Under the pieces are notes generated by a model that did not search any database, was not told the DNA's origin, and saw only the letters and a list, made by a program, of their open reading frames with translations. Shown here piece by piece: positions 45,492-55,900 of a stretch of DNA of 64,000 nucleotides; positions within the stretch are counted from its first letter, which is position 1, and every line of letters begins with the position of its first letter. The stretch is from positions 119 to 64,118 of the forward strand of contig JAJFTV010000119.1 in assembly GCA_021372725.1 (NCBI GenBank), in the 5' to 3' direction. The position numbers and the translations under genes are program-made. The stretch is from Chloroflexota bacterium. Lineage in GTDB: Bacteria; Chloroflexota; Anaerolineae; Anaerolineales; Anaerolineaceae.

Positions 45492-46793
45492 ATGAAAATA
45501 GATCTTAAAACTCCACCGGCGCTTCAAAGCCGTAAATTTGTGCTGTATTGGAGCGGATTGTTTGTGTCGGTCATGGGTTCCGCCATGTCGATGACGGCCA
45601 TGCTGTGGCATTTACGCCTCCTGACGGATCAGCCGATTGTGGTCAGTGGAATTGGTTTGGCCCGTTTTCTGCCCATCCTGATCTTTGCACCCTTTGGGGG
45701 TGTGGTAGCCGATACTTTCAGCCGACGCAAGATTATGTTTATCACCCAAACGACCATGGCAGTCACGGCGGCCGTATTGGGTCTGTTGACAGCCCTGGGG
45801 ATTACGCAAATATGGCATATCTATGCCTTAAGTGTCGTCCAGGCGATTGCGATTTCCTTTGATCTGCCGGCGCGCCAGTCGATGGTGCCCAACCTGGTGA
45901 CAAGACCTCTCTATCCATCCGCTTTCAGCTTGCAGTCGATTGCCTCCAACACCGGCAACATTTTGGGTCCGGCAATTGGCGGGTTGGTGATTGCTTATCT
46001 TGGCATCCATTATGCATATTTCTTCAATGCTGTTTCATACTGTGCTGTCATTCTGGCCTTGATCCTGATCGGCACCATACCGCAGGAGGTGAGAACACAG
46101 AACCAGCGCGGTTTACAATACAGCCTTGCTTCCATCAAGGAAGGCATCCGGTTTATCGTCAATCAGCCCATTATTCTCTCCAGCATGCTGCTGGATTTCA
46201 TTGCCACCTTTTTCTCATCCGCCCTTACTTTGCTGCCTTTTTTGGCACAGGATATTCTGCATGTGAATGAAATAGGCTATGGGTGGCTGGCTGCCGGGCA
46301 GTCGATCGGCGCCATGCTGATGGGACTGGTACTGTCACAGCGCAGCAACATCCGGAAACAGGGCAAGCTGCTTCTGGCGGCCGTAATGGTGTACGGATTT
46401 GCAACGATGATGTTGGGGTTCACCCGTACCTTCCCCTTCGCCATGCTGGCCCTGGTGTTCATCGGAGCAGGCGATGCCATGAGCACGATCATCCGCAACA
46501 CAGTGCGCCAGATGCAAACCCCCGATTATTTACGCGGGCGTATGGTGAGCATCAACCAGATTTTCTTCCAGGGCGGTCCCCAGCTTGGGGAAATCGAAGC
46601 CGGCGTGGTGGCACAGGCCTTTGGCACACCAATCGCCATTATTTCAGGCGGGATAGCCTGTATGATCGGGGTGGTTGTCATTGCGCTTCGCTGGCCTCAT
46701 CTGCGGCAGTACGACGGGATTGAGGATCAGAATCCTGCTTCTGTACCGGCTGCTTCAGCATCTTCCATGCAATTGCCAGGGGGATCAAAGTAA
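45492..46793 (+). CDS. MFS transporter (EntS/MFS_3-like)
   Basis: 12 TM pattern. GGVVADTFSRRKIM loop motif. The start MKIDLK is preferred because the track start lies inside repeat Y. Confidence 0.8.
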   Translation: MKIDLKTPPALQSRKFVLYWSGLFVSVMGSAMSMTAMLWHLRLLTDQPIVVSGIGLARFLPILIFAPFGGVVADTFSRRKIMFITQTTMAVTAAVLGLLTALGITQIWHIYALSVVQAIAISFDLPARQSMVPNLVTRPLYPSAFSLQSIASNTGNILGPAIGGLVIAYLGIHYAYFFNAVSYCAVILALILIGTIPQEVRTQNQRGLQYSLASIKEGIRFIVNQPIILSSMLLDFIATFFSSALTLLPFLAQDILHVNEIGYGWLAAGQSIGAMLMGLVLSQRSNIRKQGKLLLAAVMVYGFATMMLGFTRTFPFAMLALVFIGAGDAMSTIIRNTVRQMQTPDYLRGRMVSINQIFFQGGPQLGEIEAGVVAQAFGTPIAIISGGIACMIGVVVIALRWPHLRQYDGIEDQNPASVPAASASSMQLPGGSK

Positions 46794-46842
46794 ATACAAA
46801 CCAGGCTTTGTCTTCCTGATAGGCAAAAAGCAAAGCAGTATA

Positions 46843-48486
46843 TTAACCTGACACTTCTGCGATATTCCATCCAAATTGAAAACGATAAAATTCAACAATA
46901 GGTTGGCTGCTGGTCGAAAAAATGTTGATGATTCTTCCTAAATCAATATTTACAGCATTACACTCGCTCTTTGATTCCCAGACGGTTTTATTTCCGAAGG
47001 ATTTAGAAAGAGTGATCTTTTCAAGTAACCTGGTCGATTCGTTTTCATAAATGCCCAAACGAACTGATATGGGTGGAGGGTTTGATACGATATTTGAAAC
47101 GATCCAGGGTTCATCGGTGATAGTTGTTGTTCCAAGATCTTCTTTACTTGTAAATGGTTCTATTTCCAGATCTTGCCTTCCCCAAAATAAATCCAGGTGT
47201 TGTTCGATCTCCCCTATATATTCATGATTAGCAGGATAATTAATCAATATCCTCTGGTTTCTATCGGCGTTTGTGGCAATAAATGCCACCATATTTGCAT
47301 TTTCCTTATCAACTATGAGCTGGGTTTTTGCATTTGCCAGAGCATGTAATGGTGAAATGATCCAGATCAACACAAATAATATTAATAACCAACGATAATA
47401 TGATAAGTTTTGCAATAACCAGCCGATCATTATTCCTGAGAAAAACGCCGCTCCAAGGGAGAAAGGAAGCAAGTAATACACAGAGGTATACATCCACGGA
47501 AGATAGATCACAAGCCATAGCCCCATCCAGAGAAGGGCACAAGTTAGTGGAAATTGAAATGGCGTCTGTTTACCAACCTTTGTCAGAATAATCCATACAA
47601 TTACAATAAAAAGAAGAAAAAAATAATCATGCAGAAGAAAGGTGGACCAACGCATTGTTGTAGATATTATTGTGGGTAGATTAATGGCATAGCTTTGAAC
47701 ATAACTTCCTGAGCCGATCCCTGTTGTGACAAGGATGGATCTTAATAAGAAAAAAGAGAAACCTCCAAAAAGGATTAATCCAAGGGTTTTTAGATAAAAT
47801 TCGGGTTTTTTAATGAGATATATCAAAATGGCAAATGGCAGAAGTGCCAAACCTGTTTCTTTTGTTGCACAAATGGAAAAGGTAAGAAAAACTACACAAA
47901 AATCTGTAATGATTGTTTTGCAGCGTTTTTCCTTCGCATCAGGTAGCGAAAGAAGTTTCTTATATTGAAACAGTACCAGGTATACCAGGGTGATAAGGAA
48001 AAATGTTTGCAGTAATTCCGGCTTTGAGAGGGTATAAGCATTTTCCACCAAAATTGTTGAACCGAGAAAGAAGATACCACTTAATCCGGCCTGAATTTTG
48101 CTGCCCCCGACCAATCGGACTGTCAGGATTAATCCAAGCACAATAAGGATCAATAGAATCAGATTTCCCAGGAAGAACCAAAATGGTTGAGAGCCAGCAA
48201 CCAGAAATATTAGAAAATGATATAGCCAATAAATGGGACGAAACCGTCCAACAGAGTTTTCCAAAAGAAGCGACCAGTTACCTGAATAGATGCCCTTTAT
48301 CGTGGAAATCGTAACTCCATCATCCAGCAATCCAAATTGAGGGGAGGCCAGGCGTGGAAGCATGATCAAAATACACAATAATACGGGGATTACAAAATGC
48401 AAGTTGCCAGAAATTATCGTCAATATTGTCTCAAATTTCTTATTGGGTATCGATGCTCTTCTGGTTGCCAACTGCTTCATGCGCAT
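46843..48486 (-). CDS. GT-C fold glycosyltransferase (ArnT/PMT-like), low-GC gene
   Basis: GLLDDGV in the first loop, GRFRPIYW, and more than 10 TM helices. Sampled 60-nt lines give 23-37% GC, against about 55-60% in the neighbours. Confidence 0.55.
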   Translation of the reverse strand: MRMKQLATRRASIPNKKFETILTIISGNLHFVIPVLLCILIMLPRLASPQFGLLDDGVTISTIKGIYSGNWSLLLENSVGRFRPIYWLYHFLIFLVAGSQPFWFFLGNLILLILIVLGLILTVRLVGGSKIQAGLSGIFFLGSTILVENAYTLSKPELLQTFFLITLVYLVLFQYKKLLSLPDAKEKRCKTIITDFCVVFLTFSICATKETGLALLPFAILIYLIKKPEFYLKTLGLILFGGFSFFLLRSILVTTGIGSGSYVQSYAINLPTIISTTMRWSTFLLHDYFFLLFIVIVWIILTKVGKQTPFQFPLTCALLWMGLWLVIYLPWMYTSVYYLLPFSLGAAFFSGIMIGWLLQNLSYYRWLLILFVLIWIISPLHALANAKTQLIVDKENANMVAFIATNADRNQRILINYPANHEYIGEIEQHLDLFWGRQDLEIEPFTSKEDLGTTTITDEPWIVSNIVSNPPPISVRLGIYENESTRLLEKITLSKSFGNKTVWESKSECNAVNIDLGRIINIFSTSSQPIVEFYRFQFGWNIAEVSG

Positions 48487-48518
48487 CTTTCCTTGCCAAA
48501 GATTAGGAAATTTTAAGA

Positions 48519-49871
48519 TTAATGATTTTGAGAATTTCGCTGTTCTTCGTATGCCCTTACTGCCAGCCCGGCAGTGACACTGCTGAATGTATTGGTGTTG
48601 ATCACCCGTTCTTTGCCGAATATACGCTCGAGCATCTGTGAGAAATAAGGGATGTTCGATGAACCGCCGGTCTTGATGGCCGCATCGATATCAACTGCAT
48701 CCAGGCCGGATCGTTCGATGGTTTGCATCAGACAGTCATGGATTTTGTCGGCCGGTTCCTCGATATCCTGGTCAAATCGCCAGCGGGTCAGCAGTTCCCA
48801 AATGTGGATATCGTTCTCTTCCATTCGAAACAGGCTTGCGCTTTCACTGGAAAGCCGGATTTTGGCTGCCTCCACCTTATTATAGAATGAAAACGCCAGG
48901 TCATTATAGATGATGGATTCCAGGGCCTTCAATCTGGCAGGCACATCGCAGGTTTTCATCGTGCGCTGCAGCATGGTACGTACCGGGGGGGTACTTAACT
49001 CTGGCAGGACTTCCCACTCTGAAAGAGCGTCGATCAAACTTTCAATGCGCGGGTCGTCCGGAAAATGACCTTTACCGAAGTGTTCCAGCATTTGCTTCTG
49101 GATGATAATGTGATCGAAGTCGCTGCCCGCAATGCCAATACCGCCGGTGGCGTATACCAGGCGGTTGCCGGGATCGCCCAGGCGCATAATGGTAATATCC
49201 AGCGTTCCGCCGCCAAAATCAAAGATCAACACATTTTGGGGTTTCTCGATGGTGGTCTCATAATACAGGGCGGCTGCGATTGGCTCATATTCAAAGGATA
49301 CCTCCTCAAAACCGGCTTGAAGGGCAGCCCGTTTGAGGGTTTCCTGTGATTGCTGATCCAAAATCGGGTCATCGAAGAAGTGAACCGGCCTGCCCAACGT
49401 GACACCGGTTATTTTCTCTCCCAGGATCGCCTCCGATCGGGCTTTCAGTTCTACCAGATAGATGCCGATGATCTGTTCCAGGCTGTAAAACCGGTCAAAA
49501 ACACGGGTTCCCTTGTATCCTTTTGAACGCAAACCGGTCTTGATGTATTGCAGCAAACGACCCGGGGTTAATTCGTCCACTTCCATGTAGAGGTCGCGGA
49601 CATAAAACAATTCGCCGCCCACAAAGTCGGATTCCCCGATCCATTTTTTGACAAACCGGCGCGGCCGGTCGATGTTGTCGCGGTAATAGATGTTGATGGC
49701 TTCCTGGCCGATATAATGCTTGTATTCTCTGGTGATGTACAAGACTGTTTTGATCACACCGGGAGCCGGGCTGTCCTTATCGAGCGGCAAAATATTCAAC
49801 TGCCTGCCATCAAATACCGCTACACCTGAATTCGATGTACCGAAATCAAGCCCTACATGAAGCCCTTTCAT
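48519..49871 (-). CDS. Hsp70-family ATPase without a substrate-binding domain (YegD-like)
   Basis: Actin-fold phosphate and adenosine motifs GLDFGTSNSGVAV, IFDFGGGTLDITI and TGGSSNIPYF. 450 aa, so only the NBD plus a short tail. Confidence 0.8.
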   Translation of the reverse strand: MKGLHVGLDFGTSNSGVAVFDGRQLNILPLDKDSPAPGVIKTVLYITREYKHYIGQEAINIYYRDNIDRPRRFVKKWIGESDFVGGELFYVRDLYMEVDELTPGRLLQYIKTGLRSKGYKGTRVFDRFYSLEQIIGIYLVELKARSEAILGEKITGVTLGRPVHFFDDPILDQQSQETLKRAALQAGFEEVSFEYEPIAAALYYETTIEKPQNVLIFDFGGGTLDITIMRLGDPGNRLVYATGGIGIAGSDFDHIIIQKQMLEHFGKGHFPDDPRIESLIDALSEWEVLPELSTPPVRTMLQRTMKTCDVPARLKALESIIYNDLAFSFYNKVEAAKIRLSSESASLFRMEENDIHIWELLTRWRFDQDIEEPADKIHDCLMQTIERSGLDAVDIDAAIKTGGSSNIPYFSQMLERIFGKERVINTNTFSSVTAGLAVRAYEEQRNSQNH

Positions 49872-51058
49872 TCAATATTTCCGTTATCTGCCTGTTTCTC
49901 CGGCTGCCAGATGGTGAAGGCCAGAATATTCAATGCTTCAGTTTTCGATGAGGAAGCCTTGCCTTTTCTGTTTTCGCTGGTATCTTCGACCCGGCCGATC
50001 AGAATTTTTCCGGTCGTGGTCAGGCGGAAATGCCAGCTCCCTGGGTCAGCCGCCGCAGCACCGAGGACATCCACTCCGCCCGCTTTGGCGCCGGCCAGCA
50101 ACAGCCGGCGCTTGCTCCCGTCTGCTCCGGCGGGATCCATCCACGGGTTCTTTTGAACGTACACCCCGCCGGTCTGGTCTGCGATGACCAGTTGCTGGTG
50201 GGGTTGAATGGTGAATGCTCCGACCAGGTAATCCTGCATGTCGAGTTTCTGGATCTCATACAGCGTGATCGCAAGTTTGCCGGCCAGCCTGGCACTGACA
50301 AACCCGCGGCGGGTGACCAGCACATACACATCGTTCTGGTTGCAGGGCGTCAGCGTAAATAAACTGTCGGCGGCGGTGCGAATGCCCTTGCCGATATTTC
50401 GTTCGCTCAAGAATGATTGAAAATAATCCTGAGAGATGTAGCGCGCATACCCCTTTCGACTGATCTGAAGGCAGCCGTCCATCATGGGAATTTCAGTGAT
50501 CGGAATGACGGCAATCAGCCGTTCTCCGCTGCGCAGATCGATTTGAAGTGCCCCGCTCCATTCCAGTTGATCCATAGGGGTATGGGTGAGATCACCGGCC
50601 TTTTGGGTTTGAATACGTCCGGAATCGAACAAAAACAGCAGTTCATCTGAAGCGTTTGCCGTCAGGAGGTGAATATCATCCAGGCGGGGGGCTTCAAACC
50701 CGGCGATCGTGCCCAGGGTATGCCCGGAAACCAGAGCGGGAGGGGTAAACTCTGCAACCAGCATCTTTCCGAATGCGTCATAAATCAGCAGGCTGGGTTG
50801 TTCCATGGGAACCGGCGACGTCCCTCCCGCCACCTGCCGTTTCAGCAGCTCGATCTGATACTCCAGCTCTGCAATTTTACGCTCATACTCCTGAATCTTC
50901 TTGCCGGATTGCAGATTCAGATTTTCGACTCTCAATTCCTCGTTGACTTTGTCCAGTTCGATCACCCGCGCGGAGAGGGTCCGCACAATAAAAGGTGCAG
51001 CCAGGGGTCGCTGCTCAATTTCTTCAATCCACTCCTGGATTTTGCCTGGTTTGATCAT
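49868..51058 (-). CDS. coiled-coil protein with about 6 repeated beta-rich segments (possible GyrA-CTD-like beta-pinwheel)
   Basis: The N-terminal heptad region is KIQEYERKIAELEYQIELLKRQ. Recurring motifs include LLFLFDSGRIQTQ, CLQISRKGYARYIS, VYVLVTRRGFVSARL and FRLTTTGKILIGRV. 4-nt overlap with the Hsp70-like gene. Confidence 0.4.
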   Translation of the reverse strand: MIKPGKIQEWIEEIEQRPLAAPFIVRTLSARVIELDKVNEELRVENLNLQSGKKIQEYERKIAELEYQIELLKRQVAGGTSPVPMEQPSLLIYDAFGKMLVAEFTPPALVSGHTLGTIAGFEAPRLDDIHLLTANASDELLFLFDSGRIQTQKAGDLTHTPMDQLEWSGALQIDLRSGERLIAVIPITEIPMMDGCLQISRKGYARYISQDYFQSFLSERNIGKGIRTAADSLFTLTPCNQNDVYVLVTRRGFVSARLAGKLAITLYEIQKLDMQDYLVGAFTIQPHQQLVIADQTGGVYVQKNPWMDPAGADGSKRRLLLAGAKAGGVDVLGAAAADPGSWHFRLTTTGKILIGRVEDTSENRKGKASSSKTEALNILAFTIWQPEKQADNGNIE

Positions 51059-51392
51059 CGCAGACTCCTTTTGTTTGAAAAACGGAGCGAAATGATCATT
51101 TTACCATAATCACGCATACGGGTACGCGACAACAGGTGTTGATGTGCATCTCGAAATGAGCATTACAGGATGATAACCTCATCCGAAACACATCCTCCGT
51201 TCTTGTATTTACAAATCCAATTTCATGTTTCCTGGGAGCGCAGCGAAACATCTGCCCGAGAACCGGTGAATAATTGACCATTGGTGGAAATGCGTCCTTA
51301 GGTGGTTCCCTCGTTTATATTAGGGTGACAGAAAAGCAGTTGTTGAAACAGGCTCTTGGGTGGATTTCTCACTTTATTGGAGAACCATCAAC

Positions 51393-51452
51393 CACGAAAA
51401 TCACGAATCACACGAAAAAACCAATATTTTCGTGTTTTTCGAATGTTTCGTG
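51393..51452. promoter_or_regulatory. array of six CACGAA half-sites at a 9-bp period, arranged 3 + 3 inverted
   Basis: CACGAA at 51393, 51402 and 51411. The complement TTCGTG/TTCGAA is at 51429, 51438 and 51447. The dyad centre is about 51422. Confidence 0.6.
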
Positions 51453-51651
51453 GTCAAATTCCTTTTATGACGAGATCCTTGTCCAACTGGTCGATGGGTG
51501 AAGAGGTAACAGATATCCAGACAAGAAATAAAACTGGTTGCCCCAGAACCCACCATTTTATTAAAAAATTTTATTCAGACCCGTTGTTTTACAGCGTGAT
51601 TGCTGATGGGTTTCGGGATGGAGAACGAAGGACGCTATTACCGTAACCAGG

Positions 51652-52635
51652 TTATTGTAGGTCACTCTCTGAAAGTGCGCAGCGGAAGCCTACATATCCA
51701 TAGGCATAAAGCGGCCCCAGATAGCTGCGGGTGGTCGTACGGATGGCCCAATTCCCGTTGTTGTAACTGCCGCCGCGCAATACCTTCAAGGTTCCAGTCT
51801 CGGGTCCGTTGGGATTTTCAGAGGGCGACGCGCTGTAATATGTGCGGCCATACCAATCCGAAACCCATTCCCAGACATTGCCGGCCATGTCATAAGCGCC
51901 GTAAGGGCTGGCCCCTTCCGGATAGCTTCCGGCCGGTGAGGTGTCGTTATAGCCGTCTTCCACCAGGTTGTAACTGTATGCATGCCCTGTACCACGGTCT
52001 GCCAGATTTACCAGGCTGCCGCGTACATTCTTGTTTCCCCATGGATACCAGCGCTGGTCTGTACCGCGGGCTGCCTTTTCCCATTCCGCTTCTGTCGGCA
52101 GTCGTCGCCCTGCCCATTCGCAATAATTTTCTGCTGCCTCCCAGTCCACATACACGACTGGAAAATGATCATATTCAGGATTTCCATAATACCAACTGTA
52201 TGTATTTGAATTTTTCTTTTCCACGCCAAATGCGGTCGGCGGTTTACACTCACCTGATGATACACACAGTGCATATTGAGCGTTGGTCACCTCGCTGCGG
52301 TCGATCCAGAAGGCATCCAAATAAACCTCATGGGCTGGTTTCTCACTGGCGTAGGCTTCATCATCGTCAGGTTGGGAACCCATCATAAATTTACCTGCCG
52401 GAACAAAAACCATTTCCATTTGATCCTGTGCGGAAACCTGAGTTTGGATGGTTACCGCCTGCATGGGTTTGTAGTCCGGATCAGGAAGTTTTAGATAATT
52501 AAAATGGAAGTATGTGTTAAGCGGTATGAAGATAGCCAGGAAGATTAAAACAAACAACATGATGGGAGTCAGTCTCCCGATCAGCGTCTTTTTTCCCATG
52601 TCAGGATTGGGTGTGTCTGTTGGAGAGGTTTTCAT
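51652..52635 (-). CDS. formylglycine-generating enzyme (SUMF1/FGE-sulfatase domain) family protein, membrane-anchored
   Basis: N-terminal TM. RSEVTNAQYALCV, HFPVVYVDWEAAENYCEWAG, RVLRGGSY and GFRCA motifs. Confidence 0.85.
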   Translation of the reverse strand: MKTSPTDTPNPDMGKKTLIGRLTPIMLFVLIFLAIFIPLNTYFHFNYLKLPDPDYKPMQAVTIQTQVSAQDQMEMVFVPAGKFMMGSQPDDDEAYASEKPAHEVYLDAFWIDRSEVTNAQYALCVSSGECKPPTAFGVEKKNSNTYSWYYGNPEYDHFPVVYVDWEAAENYCEWAGRRLPTEAEWEKAARGTDQRWYPWGNKNVRGSLVNLADRGTGHAYSYNLVEDGYNDTSPAGSYPEGASPYGAYDMAGNVWEWVSDWYGRTYYSASPSENPNGPETGTLKVLRGGSYNNGNWAIRTTTRSYLGPLYAYGYVGFRCALSESDLQ

Positions 52636-52964
52636 ACGAATGGCTAAAGAGCTATTCTATCACCAATGAATAAGGTTTCTTGCTGATCATCCGGAAAGGA
52701 ATGCTAAATATCCCCCCAGGCGAAGGATTTGCCTTTACAATAAAGCCCGGATTTGTTGCTGGCTGAAATGGTTGGGTACCTTGCATGAAAATCACTAATC
52801 TTCAAAGGTGATCAGCAAGGTTGTGATAATGAGTAAAGCTTAAATCCGGACGACATCCATACTGCCAGGTACAAATATTGCGGAGCCATTGACAAATCAT
52901 GGGGTTATATCATCCGGTTGAAGACCCCATAAATCTATTTTGAGATGAATTTGAAAGGATATCC

Positions 52965-53897
52965 ATGCCTCGTTTTTGTATCATATACAACCCCACCTCG
53001 AACAAAGGGAATGCCGGAAAGATACTGCCATTGGTCAGGCAGGAACTGGATCGTTACGGAATGGATTATGAACTGATCACAACCCAATATATTGGACATG
53101 CCCTTGAACTGGCCAAGCAGGCCGCAGTGGATGGTTTTGATGCAGTGGTCGCTGCCGGTGGAGATGGTACAGCGAATGAGGTGATCAACGGCCTTATGTT
53201 CGACCGAAAGGCAGGTTCCCATACCCCGGCTCTGGGTGTCCTGCCGATTGGGCGCGGGAATGATTTCAATTATAGCGTGGGAGGGCCGAAAAATTGGCAG
53301 GAGAGCTGCCGAATTTTAAGCCGTGCAGCCACCCGTTGGATTGATATTGGCTGCATAAAAGGGGGCTTGTATCCTGAAGGACGATATTTTGGAAACGGGA
53401 TTGGCATCGGTTTTGATGCCGTGGTTAGTTTTATTGCCGCCCGCCAGCGCATCACAGGATTTGCCGGCTATCTGGTCGCGGCGCTTAAAACCATGTACGT
53501 TTATTCACCAGCTCCTGTGGTATCGGTGGAGATCGAAAATGAAACCATCACTCAGCCATCATTGATGATAAATGTTATGAACGGTCGGAGACTGGGCGGT
53601 GGTTTTATGATTGCCCCCAACGGAGACGCTCACGACGGGGTTATGGATATCTGTCTTACCAAAGGCGTCGGGAAGTTCAAAACCTTGTGTCTGATCACCA
53701 AATTCTTACAGGGAACACAGTATACCCAGCCTGAAATCATCGGGCGGCGCGTATCAAAAGTCACTGTACGCGCCGTGAAAGGAACTTTACCGATCCATGC
53801 GGACGGCGAAACGATCGCGATCGAATGTGATCAAGTCGAAATCGAGCTGCTTCCTGCCCAGCTTAAGATGTACCTTTCGAAAGCCGGGGCGGAATGA
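52965..53897 (+). CDS. diacylglycerol/lipid kinase family protein (YegS/DagK-like)
   Basis: NPTSNKG and AAGGDGTANEVINGL motifs. Confidence 0.85.
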   Translation: MPRFCIIYNPTSNKGNAGKILPLVRQELDRYGMDYELITTQYIGHALELAKQAAVDGFDAVVAAGGDGTANEVINGLMFDRKAGSHTPALGVLPIGRGNDFNYSVGGPKNWQESCRILSRAATRWIDIGCIKGGLYPEGRYFGNGIGIGFDAVVSFIAARQRITGFAGYLVAALKTMYVYSPAPVVSVEIENETITQPSLMINVMNGRRLGGGFMIAPNGDAHDGVMDICLTKGVGKFKTLCLITKFLQGTQYTQPEIIGRRVSKVTVRAVKGTLPIHADGETIAIECDQVEIELLPAQLKMYLSKAGAE

Positions 53898-53958
53898 CAA
53901 TCATCCGCCAGTAAATACCTGCACTTTGAACAGGGAGCGCAAAACAACCTGGAAAAGA

Positions 53959-55587
53959 TCAAATACGGTGAATATTCACGTCGATCAATGGCCGGCGTAG
54001 CGTTTCCTCGTACACTTGTGCCCTGATCGCTTTTAACAGCGCTTCCTTCAGGTTGCCATTGGCGCGCGGGATGGCATCTCTGATGGTTTGTTTGAGTAAT
54101 GTTTCCGGGCTCAGATAAAAACCATAGCTGTGTATCTCGGGTTCATCCCGCAGTGCACCGGTCAGGGTATCCAATATTACGTTGACGATCAGAATACCTG
54201 ATTGGGAGAGTTTTTCCCTTTCCTGCATGGTATCCGGTCCCAGGCCGCCCACCACGCTGCCTTCCATAAATACATAGGACCCGGGTACGCGCTCTGCTTT
54301 TCGCATATATCCGTTTTGGAACTCGATCACCTGGCCATTTTCAACTACGCAGATATTCTCAGGGTCGATGCCAACCTGCACACCCAGCCGGGCATTTTGG
54401 GTTAGATGTCGCAGCTCTCCATGGATGGGGACAAAGAACTGTGGCCGAACCAGGTTTAGCATCAGTTTTAATTCTTCCGAGCTGGCATGCCCCGACACGT
54501 GCACCGGGGCAATGGATTCGTACAAAACATTGGCTCCCCGCCGTATCAGGCGGTTGATCGTTCTATACACTACTTCTTCATTGCCAGGGATGGGGTGGGA
54601 TGAGAGGATTACTGTATCGCCCATTTGTATATCGATTTGCGAGTGTCTTCCATCAGCCAGCCTGCCCAGAATGGATGACGGTTCACCTTGCGATCCGGTG
54701 CACATCAATACAATCTGGCTGGGGGGCATTTTCAAGGCCTGTTCAAGGCTGACAAACTGGGAATCGGGGATTTTCAGGTATCCCAATTTACGGGAGATTT
54801 TTGCATTGTCCACCATGCTTGTGCCGACAAATGCGATTTTCCGGTTGTGGGCTTCGGCGGTGTTTGCCACCTGCTGCATGCGCGAAATCAGCGATGCAAA
54901 GCTTGCCACGATAATCCGGCCTGATGCTTCCCGAAAGATATTATCCAATGCCTGGTCAATGACCTTCTCTGAGGGAGTCCAACCGGCACGCTCGGAATTG
55001 GTTGAATCGGCCATCAGAGCCAGCACTCCCTGTTGAGAGAGTTCGGCCAATCGGGCGAAATCCGTTGGCCAGTTATCCACCGGTGTCTGGTCGAATTTGA
55101 AATCGCCGGTGTGCACCAACAGCCCTTGCGGTGTATGAATTCCCAGCCCGATACCGTCTGGAACAGAATGGCAGACGTGGAAAAAATCAATCATAAACGG
55201 CCCCAGGGCAACCTGATCGCCGGCCTTTATGGTATTGATGTCAGCGCGCTGCCCATTTCCGTTGCGGGCCAGCTTTGCCTCGATCAAGCCGCGGGTGAGC
55301 TGGGTTGTATAAATGGGAGCCTGTACAATATCCAGCACATGTTTTACTGCACCGATATGGTCTTCATGCCCGTGGGTGTAAATGATACCCAATACTGTTT
55401 TTTTCTTGTCTTTCAGATACTGCATATCCGGGATGATGTAATCCACCCCCAGCATGTCATTTTCGGGAAACATGATACCGCTGTCAACAATGATCGATTC
55501 ATCGTTGTACTCGTAGATAATCATGTTCTTTCCAACTTCCCCAAGCCCCCCGAGCGGAATGATTCTTAATGGATGTTTTTGTTTCAT
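53959..55587 (-). CDS. rnj: ribonuclease J
   Basis: IIPLGGLGEVGKNM, HGHEDHIGA metallo-beta-lactamase motif, beta-CASP region, 542 aa. Confidence 0.9.
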   Translation of the reverse strand: MKQKHPLRIIPLGGLGEVGKNMIIYEYNDESIIVDSGIMFPENDMLGVDYIIPDMQYLKDKKKTVLGIIYTHGHEDHIGAVKHVLDIVQAPIYTTQLTRGLIEAKLARNGNGQRADINTIKAGDQVALGPFMIDFFHVCHSVPDGIGLGIHTPQGLLVHTGDFKFDQTPVDNWPTDFARLAELSQQGVLALMADSTNSERAGWTPSEKVIDQALDNIFREASGRIIVASFASLISRMQQVANTAEAHNRKIAFVGTSMVDNAKISRKLGYLKIPDSQFVSLEQALKMPPSQIVLMCTGSQGEPSSILGRLADGRHSQIDIQMGDTVILSSHPIPGNEEVVYRTINRLIRRGANVLYESIAPVHVSGHASSEELKLMLNLVRPQFFVPIHGELRHLTQNARLGVQVGIDPENICVVENGQVIEFQNGYMRKAERVPGSYVFMEGSVVGGLGPDTMQEREKLSQSGILIVNVILDTLTGALRDEPEIHSYGFYLSPETLLKQTIRDAIPRANGNLKEALLKAIRAQVYEETLRRPLIDVNIHRI

Positions 55588-55900
55588 TAAACTTATTGTT
55601 CCTTATTTCAATATATTGGACAGTCCTTATATGAATGGAAATTAAAAAAATACCCCGGTGGACATACCTGGCCGGAGTTTAAGTTCGTTATTGAACCGTT
55701 GTAATTCCCGAACACAACACTTGTCCTGACAAAACCGGTAAAAACCGGCACTATTTTCACTGGCTGAATTTTAGCATAGCTTACCCATTTTGTCAAAACA
55801 GGGCTAAACAGAGCTAAACACTTTACCTGATTGTCATCCCGATGTAAGAGGGATCCGCCCATGAGCCGGTGATTAAATGGCTTCTTATGAAAATTGGCTC

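Noticed and set aside
42785-51455. Short periodic repeats (17-nt period at 42785-42829; 9-nt period at 51393-51452) as CRISPR arrays
   Set aside because: The units are far too short, have no unique spacers of 25-40 nt, number only 3-6, and there are no cas genes.
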